Shown one piece after another: positions 56,808 to 64,000 of a stretch of 64,000 nt of DNA. The position numbers were made by a program, and so were the translations under genes. Origin of the DNA: Candidatus Latescibacterota bacterium (lineage in GTDB: Bacteria; Latescibacterota; UBA2968; GCA-2709665). The DNA lies in contig CBDCOX010000002.1 in assembly GCA_965219995.1 (NCBI GenBank), positions 1,551,397-1,615,396 of the forward strand, in the 5' to 3' direction. The notes beneath the pieces are model-generated. The model ran no database searches. It had not been told where the DNA came from and saw only the letters and a list, made by a program, of their open reading frames with translations. Every line of letters begins with the position of its first letter. The first letter of the stretch is position 1.

Positions 56808-58313
56808 TCAGGACGCATAAAGAGCAAACAGCCTGGCGCGGTCCAGGTACACTTTGACCTTGACCCCTCCTCGTGCCTGCGAGACCATCTTCTCTTCGAG
56901 CCCACCCACATTAACTCCGACTGCGCCCGGCGGATCGCTTTTCCATTGTACCCGGTACTCCGTATCATTCGCCGAGAAGGGTATGCAGTCTTCTTTGCCA
57001 AAACCCGGCACGACCCGGTCAAACGGATCGACGATCTCCACTCTCAGCGACCCGCCTGTCGCATCGGCGTTGATCCACAATGCATTGGCCTCGATACTCA
57101 GCGGGACCGTGGTCACGACCCCCTGCGCCTCCGTCTTCAGACAGACCAGCCGGTCCTTTTCGATCTTTGCCAGATTGATTCCCCGCCGGGATTCTTCGCC
57201 GTAGCGCGTCCCCTCGCCGTGCAATTCGTTTGAGCAGCTGTGATAGACCCAGATTTCATCGCCGCGCACAAACGGGGCATGGGACGGATAGACACTTCCA
57301 CTGTCGTGGCTGCCGCGGGGGCCGCATTCCAGAATCGGTTCGCGGTTGCCGGCCCGATGCCAGGTCCGGCCGTTCTTCGAGTAGGTCAATTGGACGTCCA
57401 TCCGGTTCATCCATTCGGGCATCCAATCTTCGATCCGGTTCCGGGCGATCCACCCCTCGTGGAGCGTATGAAACACGGACAGGAAGCCGATCCGAAAGCC
57501 GCGATACGCCAGCGAACTCATGCCGTAAAACTCCTGGTCCTGCGGCGGATCGTACTCATCGGGCGCGACGATGATCTTGCGCGGGGTCCAGTTTTCGAAA
57601 TCATCACTCTCGGCCATGCAAATGATGCGCACGTTAGGCCGTCCCCGAAGATAAACGACGTAGCGGTGAATTTTCGCGTCCCAATAAGCGACCAGGTGGG
57701 TATCCGAGCCCTGTGGAATGACCGGGTTGAGCCAGCGCTGGGGCACGTCCCAATGAATCCCGTCGGCAGAATACGCCACACATACCGGCTGCACAATGCC
57801 GGCGAATATCATGTCTCCGCTCTGGAACATAAAGAGCATCTTGTAGCGCCTGGCCGGGTCTGTTTCGATAGGGTCTTTCATGACTCCTGTCCCGGCCCCC
57901 CACCTCAGAAAGGGGAAGACCAGGTTATTCTCTTTGCTGCCGCCATCCTCGACGAGGTTGAGGATGGGTTTTTCCCAGTGGATGCCGTCCCTGGACACGG
58001 CGTAGGCCAGCCCGTCCGCCGCTTCGCCGCGCGCTTCGCTCAATCTTCGGCTCACGCCGTACCACATCTTGAAGATGTCTTCGTCGTCGTCGTACAGGAC
58101 GTTGACGTAGCCCCCGATCAGCCACTCCTCTTCCCAGGCCCGATCCTTCTCAATCAACGGTTGTTGCGAGACCTTCTTTGCGGGTACGACCCATTGCACG
58201 ACGCTGTCGAGACTTTCGACAAACGTATTGTCAATGAATAGGTAGGCCGCTTTCTCGTCCGTCATTGGTCTCTCCGTGTATTGAATAACTCCCTGATCTG
58301 CGCGAACGAGCAA
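56808..58313 (-). CDS. putative beta-propeller glycoside-hydrolase-like protein
   Basis: 501-aa ORF; repeated aromatic/Asp-rich blades (MWYGV.., AYSADGIHW, MAESDDFENW, YSKNGRTWH, IWVYHS) like GH32/43/130-type five-bladed propellers; family not secure. Confidence 0.45.
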   Translation of the reverse strand: MLVRADQGVIQYTERPMTDEKAAYLFIDNTFVESLDSVVQWVVPAKKVSQQPLIEKDRAWEEEWLIGGYVNVLYDDDEDIFKMWYGVSRRLSEARGEAADGLAYAVSRDGIHWEKPILNLVEDGGSKENNLVFPFLRWGAGTGVMKDPIETDPARRYKMLFMFQSGDMIFAGIVQPVCVAYSADGIHWDVPQRWLNPVIPQGSDTHLVAYWDAKIHRYVVYLRGRPNVRIICMAESDDFENWTPRKIIVAPDEYDPPQDQEFYGMSSLAYRGFRIGFLSVFHTLHEGWIARNRIEDWMPEWMNRMDVQLTYSKNGRTWHRAGNREPILECGPRGSHDSGSVYPSHAPFVRGDEIWVYHSCSNELHGEGTRYGEESRRGINLAKIEKDRLVCLKTEAQGVVTTVPLSIEANALWINADATGGSLRVEIVDPFDRVVPGFGKEDCIPFSANDTEYRVQWKSDPPGAVGVNVGGLEEKMVSQARGGVKVKVYLDRARLFALYAS

Positions 58314-58443
58314 AGCTTACAATGAGACCGAGAGGTGAATCCACTCGCCGTGATGCGATCAGGATGGAGTGGCTATTGTCTCTTGTGCGCAATTTTCCGG
58401 GTTGGAGTGTTGGGTTGCGGCCGATTCCTCGCTCTTACACAAC

Positions 58444-59319
58444 CTATATCTCAACAGTCGTAAGCTCGTCAGGACGCACGATACAACCGCTATATCCATT
58501 CCCATGGTAGCCCCGGCGGAGCCTGCCGACGATGTCCTCACTGCGCGGCGAACCGCAGTGGATGACCACGACCCTCGATATTCCAGCTTCATTAGCGATG
58601 TCAACGACCTCTGATATGTCCGCGCTGACGCCCCGGATCGGGTGCGAAGCATCTTCGTCATTCTCTTTGAAATTGCGCATGGAGAGCCCCGTAACGAATG
58701 TATCAACCCCCCTGGCCAATGGCCTCAGTTCGGGACAGTCCGCTGCATCGCACAGGAAGAGCACGCTGCCGCTATCCGTATCGATCCGGTACGCCAGCTC
58801 GGTCAGGTAAGGCTCGACGTGAGGAACCTGTACAGCCGTCGCCTTCCAACCTTTGCCCTCGACAACCGCTCCTGAACTGATATCGGATACATCGACCTTC
58901 ATGCCCGGACGGGGAAGCGTTCCGCCTCTCCCCACGTGCCCGTGGTGGCTGATGTGGTGTTTTCGACGCGCAACGATGTCGGGAAGGAAGGCGCCGTCCT
59001 TGCCAAAAAGGCGATCGACGAATTTGAAAGTCGGAGGCGGACCAAAGACTCTGAGGCGAGGAAGATCGCCGGGGTCGAGATCGAACCGTAGCAAGGCAAA
59101 GCACGGGAAATCAACGATATGATCCGAATGATGGTGAGTCAGGAAAATCGAATTCACCTGTGTAGGGCTCATTCCCATGCGTGCCATCTTGTAGGTTGTG
59201 CCGGGGCCGCAGTCAACCATGATACGATCGTCACCGATCTCGAGAATGCAGGAACACCCGTAGCGTTCACCCATACGGCTGGGACGAGGACCACCATTTC
59301 CGAGAATGTGTAGCTTCAT
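58444..59319 (-). CDS. MBL-fold metallo-hydrolase
   Basis: MKLHILGNGGPRPS.., metal motif FLTHHHSDH; start moved to ATG 59319. Confidence 0.8.
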   Translation of the reverse strand: MKLHILGNGGPRPSRMGERYGCSCILEIGDDRIMVDCGPGTTYKMARMGMSPTQVNSIFLTHHHSDHIVDFPCFALLRFDLDPGDLPRLRVFGPPPTFKFVDRLFGKDGAFLPDIVARRKHHISHHGHVGRGGTLPRPGMKVDVSDISSGAVVEGKGWKATAVQVPHVEPYLTELAYRIDTDSGSVLFLCDAADCPELRPLARGVDTFVTGLSMRNFKENDEDASHPIRGVSADISEVVDIANEAGISRVVVIHCGSPRSEDIVGRLRRGYHGNGYSGCIVRPDELTTVEI

Positions 59320-59420
59320 TTGGCCGTCACCGGGTAACCATTCACTTATTGTGCACTCATATTGGTCTTCTCGCCGCCAACTCTTGCTTATGACGATCAA
59401 GTCTCCCCGTTTCCCGCCTC

Positions 59421-60761
59421 TCAGCCTGCTTCGCGACGTTGACCCAGACGTAGAGCCCAGGGATCACCCAGTCGGTCAATAACCGCTTTTTCGCTCAATC
59501 CTGAATGCTTCACCACCCAATTCAATTCCTCCTCGAGTGTGATCTCGAATCCGCCAGGATCGTCCGTGCAGATTGCAAGATCCACCTCTGATTCAAGGAA
59601 TCTGTGAATCGGGTGGGCGCCGGGGTGCGGGATGCCGCCGATACGAAGATTTGAGGTCGGGCAACACTCGATCGCTGTTCCCAACCGTGCCAATTCGTCA
59701 AGCACGTACTCCTGGCGTGGGTGAATATTGGAGATTCTCGTGCTGTCATAGTGTGAGCGTACGACATCACCGGGATCCATCGTTTCCAGACGGCGGCTCT
59801 CGGATTTCAGTTCGTTTTCTTTCACGACCACACCGTACTCGGACAGTTCCTCGGCTCGATCCAGGTCATAGGCAATCTGATCGAGACGTTCCTCTACCGA
59901 TTCCCGTTCATGCGCTCCGGCGCGCCTTGCAAGTGCTGTACGAGCGTCCAGGCCCAACGCGATCGCGTGACCCAATCTTCTGACGCCCAATTCGGCGACT
60001 TCGTGACACCACCGGATTGCGCTTTCAAGCGACTTGTCAAAGTATTGTTCGCCAACGTGATATACGACATCAAGAGCCTGATCCGGTCGGGCTTCATTGT
60101 CAGTCTCCAACTGAGTCAACAATGGGGCCACATGCTTTGGTGGATTCCCTTCCTCAACGCTCGCGAAATCAACACCCACGAGTGTTTCCACCAGCTCCGG
60201 ATGTTTCTGGAGTAAATCACGGGTGAGTTTATAAGCATCCTCAGCAGCATGACGCGGTATACTCACAATGTACCTGGCCGTAAACGTTGCGTCGCTGGCC
60301 CATTGAAGAGCCCTGGCACAGAAGGAATGCCAGAACATAAACCCATCCATTCCGCTGCCGCAGCGATATTCGACGTAGCGACAGCCCTCCGCCTTGTGGC
60401 GAGCGAGCATGTGCCGAAGGAGGTCACCCTCACGATCGTTTTCACGGAGATGACTCCACACTCGCAAAAAGAACCCGTTCTTCGCCTCCCACTTCCCAAA
60501 ATCCCCTCCGTCCTCGACGGTGTACACGTAGGCTCGCCGGAGTTCTTCAAGTCCTGCAGCATCCCTTACCGCTCGATCGAATATTCCAATCGGATCCAAT
60601 GAGGTCTCGTACAGCTCATTATAGCGGTCGACAAAGCCTTCCTCGTTCCAATTAACATCGGTGTAAACGTCCTTCCCGAGATCAAAGAAGTCCTGCGTCG
60701 TATACGCACCCAGTATGTGAAGATGTAGATCTGTTGTGCTCAGATCCTTCAACGAAGGCAT
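59421..60761 (-). CDS. adenosine/AMP deaminase family amidohydrolase
   Basis: DLHLHILGAY, HVGEQY, CPTSNLRIG, ICTDDPGGF: the four metal/catalytic motifs of the A_deaminase fold. Confidence 0.7.
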   Translation of the reverse strand: MPSLKDLSTTDLHLHILGAYTTQDFFDLGKDVYTDVNWNEEGFVDRYNELYETSLDPIGIFDRAVRDAAGLEELRRAYVYTVEDGGDFGKWEAKNGFFLRVWSHLRENDREGDLLRHMLARHKAEGCRYVEYRCGSGMDGFMFWHSFCARALQWASDATFTARYIVSIPRHAAEDAYKLTRDLLQKHPELVETLVGVDFASVEEGNPPKHVAPLLTQLETDNEARPDQALDVVYHVGEQYFDKSLESAIRWCHEVAELGVRRLGHAIALGLDARTALARRAGAHERESVEERLDQIAYDLDRAEELSEYGVVVKENELKSESRRLETMDPGDVVRSHYDSTRISNIHPRQEYVLDELARLGTAIECCPTSNLRIGGIPHPGAHPIHRFLESEVDLAICTDDPGGFEITLEEELNWVVKHSGLSEKAVIDRLGDPWALRLGQRREAG

Positions 60762-60878
60762 CAGGTGCCTTTCCGAAAGCCAAAGGAATCGCGTGGGTCG
60801 TCGCGAATCGTGATTCCCTCCCAAGCTTTTCGTCCGCAACGGGAGGAATCGCGCGACAGAAACTCAATTGAAACAGCA

Positions 60879-61529
60879 CTAAGTCTGCATCAGCTCATGG
60901 ATCAGCGGAGGGACCTGGCGGATATCGGTCAGTTGCCGGAATGCGCCGGTGAAGTCCAGGCCGTGCGTGAGGCCCTGCGGTATGACGATGCAGCGCAGCC
61001 CGGCCGCCAGTGCGGCGCGCAGCCCGCGGTCCGAGTCTTCGATTACGACGCACTCTGCGGCGCGAAGGCCGTTCTTCCGCATGGCCGTGAGGTAGGGCTC
61101 GGGATCGGGCTTGGAATTCCGGTATTCTTCGCGCAGGAGCGTGAAATCGATGCAGTCCAGCAGGCCGGTGCCGGCGTGGATGATCTCAAAGTGCTCCCGC
61201 CGCGAACTGGTGACGATGCCCATGCGCACCGTGCCGTGGAGTTCGCGCAGCACCTGGCGGGCGCCGTCGATGACGGGTACGCCGGCGCGCAAGAGTTCGG
61301 TGTAGCGGGCGTTTCGCCTGATGCGGGCAGGTTCCAGCGCCTGTTCGTCTATGCCGTGTTCGGCGCCGACCCTGTTAAAGCCGCCGCTGGCCTTGAGGAA
61401 GAACTCGATGAAACGGGCTTCGCTCAGGTGCACGCCGAGGGGTTCCAGGGTTTCGCGGCAGGCCTGGTAGTACAGGCCTTCGGTGTCGACCAGAACGCCG
61501 TCGTTGTCCCAGAGAATGGCTTTCAGCAT
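60879..61529 (-). CDS. HAD-superfamily hydrolase (beta-phosphoglucomutase-like subfamily)
   Basis: Motif I ILWDNDGVLVDTE, motif IV IEDSDRGLRAALAAG. Confidence 0.85.
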   Translation of the reverse strand: MLKAILWDNDGVLVDTEGLYYQACRETLEPLGVHLSEARFIEFFLKASGGFNRVGAEHGIDEQALEPARIRRNARYTELLRAGVPVIDGARQVLRELHGTVRMGIVTSSRREHFEIIHAGTGLLDCIDFTLLREEYRNSKPDPEPYLTAMRKNGLRAAECVVIEDSDRGLRAALAAGLRCIVIPQGLTHGLDFTGAFRQLTDIRQVPPLIHELMQT

Positions 61530-61621
61530 AGCGCCTTATATCCTTTCCACTGCGCGGAAGTCGAAGCAGGCCTTCGTTCGCGCCCGCGGCAAACCCTCCC
61601 GCAACGAGTCGAAGATCCTGC

Positions 61622-62935
61622 TCATATCCGGCCCTCTTCGGGTACCTCGCGCCCGCCGTCCCAGAAGCCTGGCTTGTCGGTCGCCGACGGCCAGTACCCG
61701 TCGGCGTCTTCATCCCATTGGTTTCCGCACATCGACGAGATGATGGTCCATTCCGCGGCCCCGAAATCCGGCTCGGGATGGTACAGGAAGCGCTTCAACC
61801 CCGCCTCGCGAGAAGCATTCAGGATGCCGTAGAGGTCGCGCGCCTGCATCGGGTCGCCCCCGTGGGGGCGGCGCCCGGTGGACACCCAGGCGATCACCTT
61901 GTCGGGATCACCTACGGCCGCCAGGGCCCGCCGGGTCTCGTTGTAGACCACCCTGGAGAAGAATTCGTCGGGGAAACCCATCTCCATGTCCATCAGCGAG
62001 TTGACGCCGGGCAGTTCGATGCCCAACAGCGCCTTCACGACGGCGAAACACTCCGCCTCGCTCAGGGACGGATTCCACTTTCGCAACCGTCGTACCCAGC
62101 GGGACATGGTTCCGTACATGCCGTCCATGCCGCGGTGCCAATAATAGTGCTTCGGAAAGATATAGTCGAAATACTCCGCCATCTGACTGTAATTCTGTCC
62201 GGTGAGCGATGACCATGCCGGGGCCCGCGGGATGCCGCCCAGCTCCACCTTGCGATCGACGGCGTCGACCTGTTGCCGCATGTACTGCCAGTCGAAGCGC
62301 GAGCGCTCCTGCCGCTTGCGCAGCCAGTAGAGCACGTCCTCGTTGACGTCGAACAGGAGCATTGCCCCCAGCATCCCCCCGTCGGCGTGGTACCGAACCA
62401 TTTCCGGCGTCAGATTGTGCAGACGCTCCCGAAAGTGGGTGATGCCGCGCTGGATTCGATCCATCTCGGCGCCGACCTGGGCGAAGCGGGCCTCCTCGCC
62501 CGGACGGATCTCCAGGAGCTCGCCCCCATGGTGGAACGCCAACTCGTAGTGATTTTCGCCCGGACCGTCGACAATGACGCCGTGCACCTGCGGAAAGGCG
62601 TTCATCTGGTCCTGCACGTGTGCGGTCGGGCCGCCTCCGGCGAAGATCAGGATTCGCCAGCCCCGTTCCGCGGCGTTGTCCAGCATTGCGCGCAGCTTTT
62701 TCTCTTTTGAGACGTCGCGCGGACGCTGCTCCGGGACTTCCGCCCCCAGGGCCTCGTACACCTTCGGGTCGGGCGCCCAAGCGGGAATGGTCGTGCCATC
62801 CTCCTGGAGGAACGTCATGCGGCCGACGGCCAGACCGCGCACGCCGCCATCCTCCCAGGCGTCGAACCGCTCCTCGAACCCGTCGAGCCAGTGTTCGAAC
62901 GGGCTGTCACTGCAGGTGAATACCCAGAGTTTCAT
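61622..62935 (-). CDS. conserved hypothetical protein (437 aa), paralogue of 54960..56336
   Basis: See 54960..56336; shared blocks along the whole length. Confidence 0.65.
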   Translation of the reverse strand: MKLWVFTCSDSPFEHWLDGFEERFDAWEDGGVRGLAVGRMTFLQEDGTTIPAWAPDPKVYEALGAEVPEQRPRDVSKEKKLRAMLDNAAERGWRILIFAGGGPTAHVQDQMNAFPQVHGVIVDGPGENHYELAFHHGGELLEIRPGEEARFAQVGAEMDRIQRGITHFRERLHNLTPEMVRYHADGGMLGAMLLFDVNEDVLYWLRKRQERSRFDWQYMRQQVDAVDRKVELGGIPRAPAWSSLTGQNYSQMAEYFDYIFPKHYYWHRGMDGMYGTMSRWVRRLRKWNPSLSEAECFAVVKALLGIELPGVNSLMDMEMGFPDEFFSRVVYNETRRALAAVGDPDKVIAWVSTGRRPHGGDPMQARDLYGILNASREAGLKRFLYHPEPDFGAAEWTIISSMCGNQWDEDADGYWPSATDKPGFWDGGREVPEEGRI

Positions 62936-63089
62936 TATTCCCTCCTTTGGGGTGGCAGGGACGATTCACGTTCACGTTCCCGCCGTGCGCAAAGAGAACA
63001 GTTCGTGTGGGAGGGCTTTCCATCTGAATCTCTGTCCACGATGGGAATCAATAGACCAATCACACTCCAAATACTCAGGCTGCGATTTC

Positions 63090-63183
63090 ATACGACGTTT
63101 CGCCGGTTTGCGAACACCAGACGAGGGATGCCCGAAGGGTCAAGGCGCGAACAGCTCCGCAGCGCAACACCGCACCGTTACAA
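63090..63183 (-). repeat. family A attC-like imperfect palindrome (A3)
   Basis: Minus strand: TTGTAAC-GGTGC-GGTGTTGCG-...-CGCAAACC-GGCGAAAC-GTCGTAT. Confidence 0.6.
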
Positions 63184-63203
63184 GATGACGAGAGAATTCC
63201 ACC

Positions 63204-63232
63204 TTGACAAGCGTCACGTTACACCTTACACT
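63204..63232 (+). promoter_or_regulatory. candidate sigma-70 promoter of higBA
   Basis: TTGACA (63204-63209), 17-nt spacer, TACACT (63227-63232); only 6 nt before the GTG at 63239, so the transcript would be nearly leaderless. Confidence 0.3.
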
Positions 63233-63238
63233 TTGTCG

Positions 63239-63683
63239 GTGATAAAAACATTCGCAGACAAGGAAACCCAACGCATTTACCGTACCGGCGAATCCAGGAG
63301 GTTGCCCGTTGACCTGGTGCGAAGAGCAATCCGCCGCCTAGATTACATCGACCTCGCCAACACGTTGAATGATCTGAGAGTTCCATCTGGTGTCCTGTCC
63401 CAAAAATACCTCACCATTCTTCCTCAGATTCATCCCGTCTCGCAGCGTTGCCATCGCTCGCCGACCGTGCCAGGTCGCCTGCGCTCCGGCGCCTTGCGAG
63501 CCGGGCGACTCTGCGGCCGAATTTTGGCAACTTATTTCCGGGACAGAACACTGCAACCGCCTGCACCAGTTGAAGAAGGACCGTAAGGGACAACACGCCA
63601 TCGCCATCAACGAACAATGGCGCATCTGTTTTCGGTTTGTCGACGGGGACGCTTACGACGTAGAAATCACGGACTATCAATGA
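63239..63683 (+). pseudogene. higB: HigB-type (RelE/ParE superfamily) toxin interrupted by MITE-1
   Basis: VIKTFADKETQRIYRTGESRRLPVDLVRRAIRRLDYIDLANTLNDLRVPSG | ~162-nt insert | NRLHQLKKDRKGQHAIAINEQWRICFRFVDGDAYDVEITDYQ; the two halves are in different frames. Confidence 0.8.
63390..63551. mobile_element. MITE-1 copy (162 nt) inserted in higB
   Basis: Ends GTGTCCTGTCCCAAAAATACC and GGCAACTTATTTCCGGGACAGAACAC; flanked by TG on both sides; boundaries +/-3 nt. Confidence 0.75.
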
Positions 63684-63695
63684 AAGGAACATCCC

Positions 63696-64000
63696 ATGGC
63701 CATCACAAATACACAGAAACGCGCCATCCCGCCAACTCATCCTGGTGAGATGCTGCGTGAGGATTTCTTGCCGGACTACGCGCAAACAGTGACTTCCCTG
63801 GCGGAGGCATTGGGTGTATCCCGTCAAACGATAAATGAGCTTCTGCGGGAGCGGCGCGCCATCTCGCCCCTCATGGCATTGAGACTTGCCCGCTTGTTTG
63901 GAAACGCTCCAGAATTTTGGATGAAGGCCCAACACAAACGAGATCTTTGGGAATCAGAACAGCGACATCAAGGCGAGCTGGCTGACATCGAACCGCTCGC
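63696..64000 (+). CDS. higA: HigA-type XRE-family antitoxin (partial, runs off the right edge)
   Basis: ATG 63696, 12 nt after the higB stop; THPGEMLREDFL.. and HTH SLAEALGVSRQTINELLRERRAISPLMALRLARLFGNAPEFWM. Confidence 0.8.
   Translation, partial: MAITNTQKRAIPPTHPGEMLREDFLPDYAQTVTSLAEALGVSRQTINELLRERRAISPLMALRLARLFGNAPEFWMKAQHKRDLWESEQRHQGELADIEPL

Noticed and set aside
62891-63586. 231-aa plus-strand ORF treated as one gene
   Set aside because: It is a composite read-through of non-coding DNA, family A element A3, the 5' half of higB and the MITE insert.

Overview
64-kb window from a moderately GC-rich bacterial chromosome or contig. About 70 credible genes lie on the minus strand. Only a higBA toxin-antitoxin pair at the right edge is on the plus strand. 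I found no rRNA, tRNA or CRISPR. The content is a long run of small, functionally unrelated accessory genes: 5 class I SAM methyltransferases, 4 VOC/glyoxalase proteins, 5 APH-like kinases, 2 Nudix hydrolases, GNATs, a cupin, RidA, GFA, 2 ankyrin proteins, 2 nucleotidyltransferases and TA remnants. A few short operons are interspersed: an ABC-2 exporter, an FtsX/MacB-like permease, and a putative sugar/nucleoside catabolic cluster. Decay and rearrangement are frequent. There are three frameshifted genes, three microhomology-mediated deletion remnants, a Kelch gene split by an IS1380-family element (4-bp TSD CTAA), a higB toxin split by a MITE, and one chimeric ORF. Intergenic DNA holds several repeat families. 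Family A is an 80-95-nt imperfect palindrome with at least 10 copies, all co-oriented with the genes. It starts at or in stop codons with an RYYYAAC-like box and ends with a GTT box upstream of the next ATG. That layout matches integron attC sites. My main hypothesis is an integron-like cassette array, either a CALIN or a sedentary chromosomal integron, with no intI in this window. Other leads are an AT-richer defence-like island at 46.1-50.5 kb (PD-(D/E)xK/DUF4268 plus HEPN pair, DUF4365 protein, orphan ORFs) and an ECF sigma factor fused to an Eis-like GNAT-SCP2 module. All family calls come from motif recognition by eye; no searches were run.
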